Below, piece by piece: positions 39,586 to 49,440 of a stretch of 64,000 bases of DNA; within the stretch, counting starts at the first letter, position 1; every line of letters starts with the position of its first letter. The notes beneath the pieces are model-generated. The model made no database searches. It saw nothing but the letters and a program-made list of their open reading frames with translations, and was not told the DNA's origin. The DNA lies in assembly GCA_036170915.1 (NCBI GenBank), contig JAVHQC010000025.1, positions 32,001 to 96,000 on the forward strand, given 5' to 3'. The position numbers and the translations under genes were made by a program. The DNA is from Cyanobacteria bacterium auto_48_18. Lineage in GTDB: Bacteria > Cyanobacteriota > Vampirovibrionia > Obscuribacterales > Obscuribacteraceae.

Positions 39586-40638
39586 ATGAGCCAGACAGTG
39601 GAAACAGCTTTCAAAGGCAAAACGGCATTAATCACAGGCGGCATGGGCTTTATCGGGTCCAACCTGGCCATTCGTCTGGCGAACCTGGGCGCAAAAGTTA
39701 CAGTTCTGGATTCAATGATTCCAGATTATGGTGGTAACGAGTTCAATCTTGCCCCCGTGAAAGATCGAGTGCGCATCAACTATTGCGACATTCGCGACGA
39801 GTCGGCGCTCGACTATCTTGTGCGCGGCCAAGATTACGTTTTCCACCTGGCGGGTCAAGTTTGCCATTTGATGAGCCTTTCCAATCCTTTCCCAGACATA
39901 CAAATCAATATCACCGGCACAGCGGTATTGATGGAAGCGCTTCGCAAATTTAACCCGAATGCTATCTGTGTATATACAGGCACTCGGGGCCAGTATGGTT
40001 CTTCGGTATCTCTGCCTGTCAATGAAGAAGCACCAACCAATCCAAAAGGCATTTACGAGATTTCAAATCTCACTGCTGAAAAAATCATCAAGGTCTATAA
40101 CGACGTGCATGGCATTCGTTCTGTGCTTTTGCGATTGAGCAACATTTACGGGCCACGTTCGCAGATGAAGCACTCGCGCTTCGGCGTTTGCAACTGGTTT
40201 GTGCGGCTGGCCATGGACAACGACGCCATTCAAGTTTATGGCGACGGTAGCATTTTGCGCGATTTTTGTTATGTAGACGACACTGTAGAAGCGATTATCA
40301 AATCAGCAGTGACGCCTAAGGCTTATGGCGAAATTTTCAATGTTGGCTCAGACATACCAGTGAGCTTCCTTGAATTGGTCAAAACAATTGTTGATGTAGC
40401 AAAAATGGGCAGCTGGGAATACGCTGAATTTTCGGCCGAACGCAAAGCTCAAGAGCCTGGCGATTTCTACTCAGACATTACAAAAATGAGAGAGATTGTA
40501 GGTTGGAGCCCCACCACAACCCTCGAACAAGGCTTAGAGAAAACCTGCGACTACTATCGCAAGAATCGTGATTATTACTGGTCGAAAGCTCCAGTCGGCA
40601 TGCCTTCTTCTAAAGAAGCCACTGCGACTAAAGTATGA
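39586..40638 (+). CDS. NAD-dependent nucleotide-sugar epimerase/dehydratase (extended SDR)
   Basis: [20 protein letters not shown] (YxxxK variant), NIYGPR, RDFCYV. Confidence 0.9.
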   Translation: MSQTVETAFKGKTALITGGMGFIGSNLAIRLANLGAKVTVLDSMIPDYGGNEFNLAPVKDRVRINYCDIRDESALDYLVRGQDYVFHLAGQVCHLMSLSNPFPDIQINITGTAVLMEALRKFNPNAICVYTGTRGQYGSSVSLPVNEEAPTNPKGIYEISNLTAEKIIKVYNDVHGIRSVLLRLSNIYGPRSQMKHSRFGVCNWFVRLAMDNDAIQVYGDGSILRDFCYVDDTVEAIIKSAVTPKAYGEIFNVGSDIPVSFLELVKTIVDVAKMGSWEYAEFSAERKAQEPGDFYSDITKMREIVGWSPTTTLEQGLEKTCDYYRKNRDYYWSKAPVGMPSSKEATATKV

Positions 40639-41027
40639 ACGAAGGCGCCCGCACCAATGTAGCCAGTGGTACCCCGTGGGAGCCAATCGTAGGATATTCT
40701 CGCGCGGTTAAAGTGGGCAACTTCATTGCCGTTTCAGGTACTACAGCCACCGGTGAAGATGGAAAGATTGTGGGCCCAGGTGACGTTTATGCCCAGACCA
40801 TCCAGGCAATCAAGAATATTGAGAGTGCGCTAAAACAAGCCAAGGCTGAGCTGAAGCATGTGGTGCGCACTCGCATTTTCGTCACAGATATCAAAAACTG
40901 GGAACTGGTGGGTAAAGCCCATGGTGAATTCTTCGCTGACATTCGCCCCGCCACAAGCATGGTTGAAGTTTCAAGGCTAATATCATCTGACATGCTGGTG
41001 GAAATCGAAGCCGACGCTGTCATTTAG
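40635..41027 (+). CDS. Rid (YjgF/YER057c/UK114) family protein
   Basis: [36 protein letters not shown]. Confidence 0.92.
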   Translation: MNEGARTNVASGTPWEPIVGYSRAVKVGNFIAVSGTTATGEDGKIVGPGDVYAQTIQAIKNIESALKQAKAELKHVVRTRIFVTDIKNWELVGKAHGEFFADIRPATSMVEVSRLISSDMLVEIEADAVI

Positions 41028-41035
41028 TTGCGATT

Positions 41036-41467
41036 TTAGTGGCGGTAAGCATCCACCCAATTTAATTGCAAATCATGAGCCTCGACGTTAAGAGGTAAGA
41101 GCTCAATGGTAAAAGTGCGGCGCTTCTCGCGCGACCCCGCTTCAAGCAAGTCAACTTTCGCGCCACCGCTGGCGGTGAGGGCCTCAAGTGAGCTGAAGCC
41201 AAAAAACCGTACCTGGGCCGTATCTGGCCATTCTCCCGACTTAAGTTTAATTGCTGCTCCGCCAATGCCGTTTTTCTTACGTACCTCTATATAGAGTTTA
41301 TTTTTTCTGGCAAAGGCGCTGACGTCATCTCCTCCGCGCAGGCCCGTACCGGTGACGGCAAATGTGGCAGTTGCGCCAGATGCCGACTGGCTGGGGAAAA
41401 GCAGCAGCAAGAACAAGCAAATCAAGCCCAGAAAATTGATGTGATGGTGACCAACTGGCAATTTCAA
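41036..41467 (-). CDS. Hypothetical secreted protein
   Basis: Signal-peptide-like N-terminus, beta-rich body ending WVDAYR. Confidence 0.55.
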   Translation of the reverse strand: MKLPVGHHHINFLGLICLFLLLLFPSQSASGATATFAVTGTGLRGGDDVSAFARKNKLYIEVRKKNGIGGAAIKLKSGEWPDTAQVRFFGFSSLEALTASGGAKVDLLEAGSREKRRTFTIELLPLNVEAHDLQLNWVDAYRH

Positions 41468-41557
41468 TTTGAATACCTTTTATCAGAGGCTTGCGAGCAC
41501 TACTAGGAACCTGAGCGATTTTTTGAGATACTGAGTTTTTTGAATTGAAGAGATCAG

Positions 41558-41818
41558 ATGAACAATAAGTTATTCGTGGGCAACCTGTCCTTCAAAATCG
41601 AAGAGGCCGAGCTGCAAGAAGTTTTTTCTCAGACCGGTTCAGTATTGTCTGTGTCCATTCCTACAGACAAATATACCGGCAAAAAACGCGGATTCGGTTT
41701 TGTCGAAATGGGCTCTGAAGAAGATGCCGAACAAGCGATTAAAGCCCTGAACGGCCGAGCTCTGGCCGGGCGCGAAATGTCGGTCAATCTGGCACGGCCA
41801 AAAACTCGTCAACCTTAA
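41558..41818 (+). CDS. RRM (RNP-1) RNA-binding protein
   Basis: RNP2 LFVGNL and RNP1 RGFGFVEM. Confidence 0.95.
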   Translation: MNNKLFVGNLSFKIEEAELQEVFSQTGSVLSVSIPTDKYTGKKRGFGFVEMGSEEDAEQAIKALNGRALAGREMSVNLARPKTRQP

Positions 41819-41887
41819 TAATGAGTCTTTAATAACGATAAGCTATGGTCCATGAAGTGTGGGCAGCTCTTCTTCAAGAGTAGCTCT

Positions 41888-41896
41888 TGCTATAAT
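41888..41896 (+). promoter_or_regulatory. Extended -10 promoter of the SGNH-MBOAT pair
   Basis: Exact TGnTATAAT (TGCTATAAT) about 30 bp upstream of ATG 41924. Confidence 0.55.
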
Positions 41897-41923
41897 TTGA
41901 GCTTGTCAAGCAAGTGGTATTCG

Positions 41924-43201
41924 ATGCTTCGCACTGAGCCTAAAAAAGTAGCTCCAGCCCCGACTGACGATTACGAGCAACTACCGCCAACTTTCACTAC
42001 TCGCATGTTGGCCATGCTCAAAATCACAGCCAGCAGCAAAGCGGCACAGGCAGCCCTACTGGTGGTTCTGGCCAACTGGGCTCTAGTAGCAACCAATCCA
42101 TTTAGAAATGTTGATCCTGATAGTCTTCCCACCCTGAAATCATGGGTATGGTGGACCACCCAAGATTATCGCCAGTTGAGCGAGCGACCAGCTGTGGTGC
42201 TGCTCGGTTCATCACTGCTAATGAATTCAGTCTGGATGCAAGAAGCCGAGCATTTACAAGAAAACGTAGACATCGTTGTAAATCGGCGCACTCGCTACCT
42301 TGAGACCATGCTGAGCAAACATTTGCCTGACTATAAAGGCATTTGCTTCAACTTTGGTTTACCTGGCAGCATGGTTTCCGACGATTACATGATCGCGCGT
42401 ACACTTTTTGAGCAAAAGCACACACCAAAAATCGCCGTGTTCTGCTTAGGACCAAGAGACTTGATGGATACCAGCTTTAGCTGTGCTGGTGCCACCAGCG
42501 CATTTAGATACCTCGAGCGTTTTACTGACACCAAAGATTTGCTCGACATTGCTTACACAAGCACATGGCCAAAAATCAATTTTATGTTGCGCGAGTTTGT
42601 TTATTTCGTTGATAAAAAACACCACTCACAATCTGTTCTCGGTGAGCAAGCAAAAACGGCTCTCAATCCGGTGTACAAAGGCTTTACTGGGCCAAGCAAA
42701 TTCAATGTCAAAACCGATTTTGATAAGCAGTTCGCTTTCTATCGATCTGAAGTAGAAAAAGGCGTCTTTATAGCCAAACCAAATGTGCAAACCGATTCTT
42801 TCTACGACAATGGTAAAGACTGGAAAAAGCGCTTCAAAAATTCAAATGACGAAATGTTCGATAATCAAAAAATTTGGTTGAACAAGGCCCTGAGCGAAGC
42901 TAAAGCCAAAGGCATAGTGCCGGTTCTGGTCAACATGCCTGTATCTGAGCTGGGCATCAAATATATTCCGCCACAAGTCTATAAAAGACACGTTGATACG
43001 CTGGTGGAAATGGCGGCAAAATACGATTGTCCTTATGTCGACACCATGAAAGAAGGTCATTTCGACATGAAAGACTTTTCTGATTATGGTCACATGGATG
43101 CCAGTGGTGGCAGAAAAATTGTTGATATTGTCGCCAATTATTTAGCCACCGATAGCCGCACCCGCAGCCGTTTAGCAGAAGAAACGGGGGGAGGCCGCTA
43201 A
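41924..43201 (+). CDS. Membrane-anchored SGNH/DltD/DUF1574-like partner of the MBOAT
   Basis: N-terminal TM, LLGSS block, FNFGLPG, C-terminal FSDYGH (DxxH); overlaps the MBOAT start. Confidence 0.7.
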   Translation: MLRTEPKKVAPAPTDDYEQLPPTFTTRMLAMLKITASSKAAQAALLVVLANWALVATNPFRNVDPDSLPTLKSWVWWTTQDYRQLSERPAVVLLGSSLLMNSVWMQEAEHLQENVDIVVNRRTRYLETMLSKHLPDYKGICFNFGLPGSMVSDDYMIARTLFEQKHTPKIAVFCLGPRDLMDTSFSCAGATSAFRYLERFTDTKDLLDIAYTSTWPKINFMLREFVYFVDKKHHSQSVLGEQAKTALNPVYKGFTGPSKFNVKTDFDKQFAFYRSEVEKGVFIAKPNVQTDSFYDNGKDWKKRFKNSNDEMFDNQKIWLNKALSEAKAKGIVPVLVNMPVSELGIKYIPPQVYKRHVDTLVEMAAKYDCPYVDTMKEGHFDMKDFSDYGHMDASGGRKIVDIVANYLATDSRTRSRLAEETGGGR

Positions 43202-44670
43202 TGCTATTTAACAGCGCCGCCTATCTGGTTTTTCTGCCCATAGTGGTGGCAATTTACTGGTCGATACCATTTCGCTATCGCACAGCGTTTTTACTTTTAG
43301 CCAGCTATTTTTTCTACATGACCTGGAAGCCGATTTATATCGTGCTGATTGTGGTGCTCACTGCCTTCAATTACTTTGCCGGTATTGTTATTGAGAAAGA
43401 AAAGGCAAGACGCAAGCTCTACCTCATTGGCGCGCTGGTGGCCAATATTGCTACTCTGGCTTACTTTAAATATGCATATTTCGCCATTGATTCGGCGAAT
43501 AGCTTACTCGCCGTGACCGGTAGCAAAAATTCTTATTCTTATCCTTTGCACGAAATTATCTTGCCTCTGGGCATTTCCTTTTTTGTTTTTGAATTTATCC
43601 ATTATCTGGTGGACGTTTATAAAGGCAGTGCTGCGGTTAAGGCTCCTCTGGAATTTGCTCTGTTTCCAAGCTTTTTCCCCACACAAATAGCTGGCCCCAT
43701 CAAGCGTTTCCAGGACTTTGTGCCGCAATTACATCTGCCCGCCAAAATCAATTTGAAAGACATTGATCAAGGTGTGGAACTGATTTTGTGGGGTTTGTTT
43801 AAGAAAGTAATCGTGGCCGATAGCCTGGCTGTTGTGATTGATAAATGTATGCCGCATCCTGAAATGCTCAGCACCATTGACTGCTGGATGCTGCTCTGGG
43901 CTTTTGCCATTCAGGTTTATTTTGATTTTTCAGGCTATACCGATATCGCCAGGGGATCAGCCGCCCTGCTTGGTTTCAAGGTACCACTAAATTTCGATCT
44001 TCCATTTTTGGCCGGCTCGATTACCGAATACTGGCGACGCTGGCACATCTCGCTTTCGTTGTGGTTGCGCGACTATTTGTTTTTCCCTCTGGGGGGAAGC
44101 AAGCACGGAACCCTTGCCACCATCCGCAATGTCATGATTACATTCACCATAGCTGGCCTCTGGCACGGTGCTGGTCTTAATTACATAATTTTCGGTGCTA
44201 TGCATGGCCTCTGGCTCAGCTGCAACCGTGTCTGGAGGCTAATTGTAGACAAGAGCCCTGTGCTTACCAAACTGACTGCAACCGTGCCTTTCCATGTCTT
44301 TGGTGTGCTGCTTACTTTCAATGCTCTGGCTGTGACACTAGTGACATTCCGCCTGCCTAATCTGGAATTATCGGGACGCTATTTTCAGAAGCTGCTCATA
44401 ATGACACCAGAAGCCGCTTTGAACCCTTTCACTTTGACCATTCCTTCTATTGAAGGGGCTGCAAACTTTGCTCTTTTCCCAGTATTTTTGTTAGCCATAG
44501 TGATTGGCCACTTAGTTTCCAATCAACTCAGAGGCAAAACCGTTCCTGGAATTCTGCCTTTACCAAAACCTGTGCAGATACTAAAACCAGCATATCTGGC
44601 CGCTCTGGCCATTCTGCTCTTGCTCTTTGCCCCAGATGGTACACCAAGCTTCGTTTATTTTCAGTTCTAA
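43201..44670 (+). CDS. MBOAT O-acyltransferase (AlgI/DltB/PatA type)
   Basis: MLFNS, LPLGISFF, AGPI, YFDFSGY, WRRWHISLS, GLWHGA, FVYFQF. Confidence 0.93.
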   Translation: MLFNSAAYLVFLPIVVAIYWSIPFRYRTAFLLLASYFFYMTWKPIYIVLIVVLTAFNYFAGIVIEKEKARRKLYLIGALVANIATLAYFKYAYFAIDSANSLLAVTGSKNSYSYPLHEIILPLGISFFVFEFIHYLVDVYKGSAAVKAPLEFALFPSFFPTQIAGPIKRFQDFVPQLHLPAKINLKDIDQGVELILWGLFKKVIVADSLAVVIDKCMPHPEMLSTIDCWMLLWAFAIQVYFDFSGYTDIARGSAALLGFKVPLNFDLPFLAGSITEYWRRWHISLSLWLRDYLFFPLGGSKHGTLATIRNVMITFTIAGLWHGAGLNYIIFGAMHGLWLSCNRVWRLIVDKSPVLTKLTATVPFHVFGVLLTFNALAVTLVTFRLPNLELSGRYFQKLLIMTPEAALNPFTLTIPSIEGAANFALFPVFLLAIVIGHLVSNQLRGKTVPGILPLPKPVQILKPAYLAALAILLLLFAPDGTPSFVYFQF

Positions 44671-44702
44671 GCAGTTAAAATAGAACAGTTAAATTTGAGC
44701 GC

Positions 44703-45338
44703 TTATCTAATAGAAGCGAGAGTCATTTTTAAGCATGACTCGATATGAGCCTGGCACATTTCGTTCGACAATAAATCAGTGCCTTCGGGCCAGAGACTCT
44801 TGAGGTTGTCTCGTGCGATGACGTAAAAGACGCACATGCCCACAATATTGGCTGTAACGTGCACCACATCACCCTGAGCAAACTCACCGCTTTGCATTCC
44901 GCGTCTCAGACTTTCAATCAATGGGCCATAAAGGCTGCCCACCGAAGTTTCCATATAATATCTGCCTTCGTTTTGTAAGGCCTCAAGCAGCATCAAGCTA
45001 CCAACGTTAGGATTCTGAATTATTGAAGCAAGAAGGTTACGCACCACAGCTGATACTGCGTCAGTTGGAGACAGATCATCTACATGCAGCGAATCTAGAT
45101 CAGCTCTGCGTTTGGCAATCAACCTTTCCATAACCGCTTTATAGAGGTTTTCTTTGTTCTCAAAATAATAGTGAATCATCGCCTTAGTCACACCCGTGCG
45201 GGCGGCGATAGATTCGGTACGGGCGCCCCAGAGGCCAACTTTTGCAAACTCTTGCTCCGCCGCATCTAATATGCTGTTGCGAGTCGCTTCGGCATCACGT
45301 GTTGGCGCTTTGACACCAGGCTTGGCAATTTTTTCCAT
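44703..45338 (-). CDS. TetR/AcrR regulator (RutR-like)
   Basis: ILDAAEQEFA..G..GARTESIA..GVTKAMIHYYFENKENLY. Confidence 0.9.
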   Translation of the reverse strand: MEKIAKPGVKAPTRDAEATRNSILDAAEQEFAKVGLWGARTESIAARTGVTKAMIHYYFENKENLYKAVMERLIAKRRADLDSLHVDDLSPTDAVSAVVRNLLASIIQNPNVGSLMLLEALQNEGRYYMETSVGSLYGPLIESLRRGMQSGEFAQGDVVHVTANIVGMCVFYVIARDNLKSLWPEGTDLLSNEMCQAHIESCLKMTLASIR

Positions 45339-45538
45339 TTAATCAGTCCACTTGTTGTGCTTACAATTGTACTCTGGACACCGGGCTCCAATTAATATTT
45401 GAACGCAGATTGTCCATCAAGGGCTGCCTGGATTCATAATTCCCTTCTTTGACGGATAAAACACGCTTTCACATCAAGCCAGTTATACTTCACTTGAAAA
45501 AATATCCGAAAAAAGTTTGTAATCGCCCTGCTAGCAAG

Positions 45539-45564
45539 AAGGACCGGTCTATTAACCGGTCCTT
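45539..45564. promoter_or_regulatory. 10-6-10 inverted repeat between the two TetR genes (operator and/or terminator)
   Basis: AAGGACCGGT-ctatta-ACCGGTCCTT; the minus strand contains TAATAGACCGGTC, matching the site at 46251. Confidence 0.5.
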
Positions 45565-45602
45565 GTATATTTTTTCTTGTTGCGCCGATGGAGGGTTAGA
45601 AT

Positions 45603-46214
45603 CTACTTTCTTAGCGCAGGCTGAGCCGAGAGAAACGTGAATGTCAAATCAACAAATGTGGTCAGAGGCTTAACTGTGCGCATAGATTTGGCGCGCAAGA
45701 TTGCACCTTCCCAACCACTGAGGAAAAGATCGGCAAGCTCAAGCGGTTCAAAGTCGTTGCGAATCTCTCCTTTTCTTTGACCTTCCTCCATGCAAGCAGC
45801 GAAAACATCTGTCCAACTTTGAAATACTTTCTCGAGTTCTTCGCGCAGCACTTCGCTTTGCCCTGCCATCTCCTGGCTGAGGTTGCCTATAAGACAGCCC
45901 CGAGTGCATTTACGCTCTTCGATACGTTGCCTGTGGGTGGCGCAGTACCGTTTCAAGCGATCAATCGGCGAAAGACTTCTATCTCGCAAACTAGAGAGTA
46001 TTTGTTCAGTGTAGCCTTGATCGAAATGCCGAATAATCTGCAAAGCGAAATCTTCTTTGCTCTCAAAATAATGGTAGAAAGAGCCTTTTGGTACTCCTAC
46101 CGACTCGAGCACTTCTTGCAAACCGCAATTGCTATAGCCTTTTTCAAGCATTAACCTTGTGCCGGCTTCCAGCAGCTCAAGCTTCGTTCCTTCTCTCTGT
46201 AATACTTTTGCCAT
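45603..46214 (-). CDS. TetR regulator, NemR/AcuR-like
   Basis: GVPKGSFYHYFESKEDF, GCLIGNLSQE, WEGAILRAK. Confidence 0.9.
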   Translation of the reverse strand: MAKVLQREGTKLELLEAGTRLMLEKGYSNCGLQEVLESVGVPKGSFYHYFESKEDFALQIIRHFDQGYTEQILSSLRDRSLSPIDRLKRYCATHRQRIEERKCTRGCLIGNLSQEMAGQSEVLREELEKVFQSWTDVFAACMEEGQRKGEIRNDFEPLELADLFLSGWEGAILRAKSMRTVKPLTTFVDLTFTFLSAQPALRK

Positions 46215-46252
46215 TTCAACTGTCCATCTTTTAAAACCAACATACTTACATA

Positions 46253-46269
46253 ATAGACCAGTCGTCTAT
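46253..46269. promoter_or_regulatory. NemR/AcuR-like operator
   Basis: ATAGAC-N5-GTCTAT palindrome about 40 bp upstream of the regulator, similar to the TAGACC..GGTCTA NemR box. Confidence 0.65.
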
Positions 46270-46374
46270 AAACGTCAAGCATTTATAATCAAGACTCGCA
46301 CATTGCACACACATTTAATTGCGCACGGCAATTAATGACCAGCTAAGTGACCAGCTCATTGCTACAGCGGCAGA

Positions 46375-46503
46375 TTATTTTCTGCGGCCGTCTTCTACTT
46401 TTATGGGAATAGTTGCGGGTTGTGCACTCGGACCGGCGAGCCAGTTGCGTACGATATCCCACATCTCTTGCCAGAATGACCGCTGCAAGATTGACGGTTT
46501 CAT
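46375..46503 (-). CDS. Small 42-aa protein missing from the ORF track
   Basis: MKPSILQRSFWQEMWDIVRNWLAGPSAQPATIPIKVEDGRRK*; GGAGG SD 7 nt before ATG. Confidence 0.65.
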   Translation of the reverse strand: MKPSILQRSFWQEMWDIVRNWLAGPSAQPATIPIKVEDGRRK

Positions 46504-46635
46504 CAACGACCCTCCGAACCCTCTTTATTCACCATAGCAGATTAGCTGAAAAATGGAGAGTTGCCACCGCGGTTTTTCCCACGCGCAAGGTATTTTTTTG
46601 CAATCAGTCCTAAAATTACAGGGAACAGGAAGTCT

Positions 46636-49317
46636 ATGAATATAAGCGAAGAACAAAGACGACTGGCAGTAGACCAGGCTAGGGCAGCCAATTGGAAGCG
46701 CTGGGGCCCTTATCTTTCAGAGAGGCAATGGGGAACCGTGCGCGAAGATTATTCGCGCAACGGCACAACCTGGGAATATTTCGACCATGAGCAATCGCGC
46801 AGTCGTGCGTATCGCTGGGGTGAAGATGGTTTGCTCGGCATCACCGACCGTGAATGCCGACTGTGCTTCAGTGTAGCCCTCTGGAATGGCGCCGACAGCA
46901 TCATAAAGGAACGCCTTTTCGGCGTCACCAATCACCAGGGCAATCATGGCGAAGACGTTAAAGAGCAGTATTTTTACCTCGACTCAACACCAACGCATTC
47001 CTATCTAAAGGCCCTCTATAAATATCCGCAAAGAGCTTTTCCCTACGACCAGCTGGTAGCTGAAAACTCCCGCCGCTCTAGAGATTTGGGCGAATATGAA
47101 CTGTCAGACAGCGGCATTTTTGACGAGTCGCGCTACTTTGATGTGCTGGCGGAATATGCAAAAGCTGCTTCCGATGACATTTTAATCAAGCTCACGATTA
47201 CCAATCGCGGCCCCGAAAGTGCTCAATTACATCTGTTGCCCACCCTCTGGTTTCGCAATACATGGTCATGGGGACGATCAGGTGACGGTTACTGGCCAGA
47301 GCCGCAGATTAAACAGTCTGGAAGCTACGCCCAGGCCAGACACGACACTCTGGGCACATTTATATTCAGCTGTGAAAATGACGATTTTGAGCCTCTTTAC
47401 ACCAATAACGAAACTAACAGCGCCAAACTTTTTCAGGTCAAAAACAAAAGTAATTTTGTCAAAGACGCCTTTCATCAATATCTGGTTGACGGAAACAATG
47501 AAGCGGTTAATCCTCAACTCACAGGTACCAAAGCCGCCTTCTACAGCCAGCTGAGCCTGGCTCCAGGAGAGAGCACAACCTATAAATATCGCCTTCAAAT
47601 AGAAGAGCAATCACAGCAACTTCACAATCATCCTCAAAAACAGTGGCAGTTTGGCACCGAATTCGACAACATTTTTGCTGCGCGAATTAGTGAAGCCGAT
47701 CAGTTTTACAACATTGTTATACCGGCAACGCTTCCACTAGAACAGAAAGCAATCAGTCGCCAGGCCTACGCAGGCTTACTCTGGAGTAAACAGTTTTACT
47801 ACTACATTGTCAGCCAGTGGCTGGAAGGTGACCCTGTTTACCCGCCCCCAGAAAGACAGAAGATTCTCAATCAAAAATGGGGCAGTATTTTTAATCGCGA
47901 CATTATTTCCATGCCGGACAAGTGGGAGTATCCCTGGTATGCCATCTGGGATGTAGCTTTTCATATGATCGTCATGGCTCAAATAGATCCCAGTTTTGCT
48001 AAAGATCAACTGGTTCTCTTTTTGCGCGAATGGTACATGCGCCACGACGGGCAATTACCGGCCTATGAGTTCGATTTTTCTGACGTGAATCCGCCGGTGC
48101 ATGCCTGGGCGGCATTTCGTGTCTATAAAATGACCGCGCCGCAAGGTATGCGTGACCTGCCCTTTTTGGAGAGGGTGTTTCAAAAGCTCTTAATAAATTT
48201 CACCTGGTGGGTCAATCGTAAAGACGTTGATGGCAATGATTTATTTGGCGGTGGATTTCTCGGTCTGGACAATATCGGCATTTTTGATCGGTCAAAAGGA
48301 GCCACTCCATTTAATGGCGTGCTGCAGCAAGCTGATGGTACAGCCTGGATGAGCTTCTATTGCACAACCATGCTGGCCATGGCTCTGGAGCTATCCGAAA
48401 AACGTCCGGCTCACGAAGATATTGCTTCCAAATTTTTCGAACATTTTGTGCAAATTTCTGATGCCATACACAAAGCGGACGGCTCTGGTTTGTGGTGCGA
48501 AGAAGATGGTTTTTATTATGACCATTTACATGTTGTGAACGAGGGTGTTCAAAGCAATATTCCATTGCGCGTTCGCTCAATAGTGGGGCTTATTCCACTG
48601 TTGGCGGTGGAAGTTCTAGAGGAGCCACTGATTCAAAAGTTGCCCGGATTTTATAAACGAATGATGTGGTTCATTGAAAACAGAAGCGACCTTGATCAAA
48701 ATATCGCCCTGACGCGCACCACCAGTAGAGGCGAAAGTCGTTTGCTTTCATTGCTTTCCATTGAAAGACTTAAGAGAGTACTGGCGTACATGCTGGACGA
48801 AAATGAGTTTCTATCACCATTCGGCATTCGCTCACTCTCAAGAATCTATGAAGACAAGCCGTTTGTCTTCAGCGGTGACGGCGAGATTTACGAAGTCAAA
48901 TATGTTCCAGGAGAAAGCAACACTGCTGCTTTCGGCGGCAATTCGAACTGGCGAGGGCCCATATGGTTTCCACTCAACTTTTTGATTATCGAAGCGCTTG
49001 AGCGCTATCACCGCTTTTATGGCGACGACTTTAAAGTGGAATGTCCCACAGGATCAGGCAATTTTCTTAGCCTGAAAGCAGTATCCCAAGAATTGTCACG
49101 CCGCCTGAGTAGCATATTCCTCACCGATGCCAAATCGAATTCAAGACCATGGCAGAGAGATACAGAAGAATTGTTCAGTCGAACAGACTGGCAAGATCTA
49201 CATTTATTCTACGAATATTTTCATGCTGAAACCGGCCGCGGCCTCGGTGCCAGTCACCAGACCGGATGGACGGCATTGATCACAAAGTTATTTACGAAAT
49301 GCGAACAGCCTTCGTAA
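46636..49317 (+). CDS. GH63/MGH1-like glycoside hydrolase (YMR196W-like glucosidase)
   Basis: WGPYLSERQWGTVREDYS, MPDKWEYPW, NSNWRGPIW, YEYFH.E.GRGLGASHQTGWT. Confidence 0.85.
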   Translation: MNISEEQRRLAVDQARAANWKRWGPYLSERQWGTVREDYSRNGTTWEYFDHEQSRSRAYRWGEDGLLGITDRECRLCFSVALWNGADSIIKERLFGVTNHQGNHGEDVKEQYFYLDSTPTHSYLKALYKYPQRAFPYDQLVAENSRRSRDLGEYELSDSGIFDESRYFDVLAEYAKAASDDILIKLTITNRGPESAQLHLLPTLWFRNTWSWGRSGDGYWPEPQIKQSGSYAQARHDTLGTFIFSCENDDFEPLYTNNETNSAKLFQVKNKSNFVKDAFHQYLVDGNNEAVNPQLTGTKAAFYSQLSLAPGESTTYKYRLQIEEQSQQLHNHPQKQWQFGTEFDNIFAARISEADQFYNIVIPATLPLEQKAISRQAYAGLLWSKQFYYYIVSQWLEGDPVYPPPERQKILNQKWGSIFNRDIISMPDKWEYPWYAIWDVAFHMIVMAQIDPSFAKDQLVLFLREWYMRHDGQLPAYEFDFSDVNPPVHAWAAFRVYKMTAPQGMRDLPFLERVFQKLLINFTWWVNRKDVDGNDLFGGGFLGLDNIGIFDRSKGATPFNGVLQQADGTAWMSFYCTTMLAMALELSEKRPAHEDIASKFFEHFVQISDAIHKADGSGLWCEEDGFYYDHLHVVNEGVQSNIPLRVRSIVGLIPLLAVEVLEEPLIQKLPGFYKRMMWFIENRSDLDQNIALTRTTSRGESRLLSLLSIERLKRVLAYMLDENEFLSPFGIRSLSRIYEDKPFVFSGDGEIYEVKYVPGESNTAAFGGNSNWRGPIWFPLNFLIIEALERYHRFYGDDFKVECPTGSGNFLSLKAVSQELSRRLSSIFLTDAKSNSRPWQRDTEELFSRTDWQDLHLFYEYFHAETGRGLGASHQTGWTALITKLFTKCEQPS

Positions 49318-49440
49318 AGCAAAGTTATGGCTCAGGGCCTTTCAATCAAGCCCATAGCCGCTTGACTGTTATACTTATGCTTGCTAATAAATGCGTCCAG
49401 CGTAAATGCTTACAGCTGAATTTTTGCACGGAGTGTTGCA

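Noticed and set aside
46319..46613. Plus-strand 72-aa and 66-aa ORFs
   Set aside because: They have weak starts, and the minus-strand 42-aa ORF with a perfect SD explains the region better.
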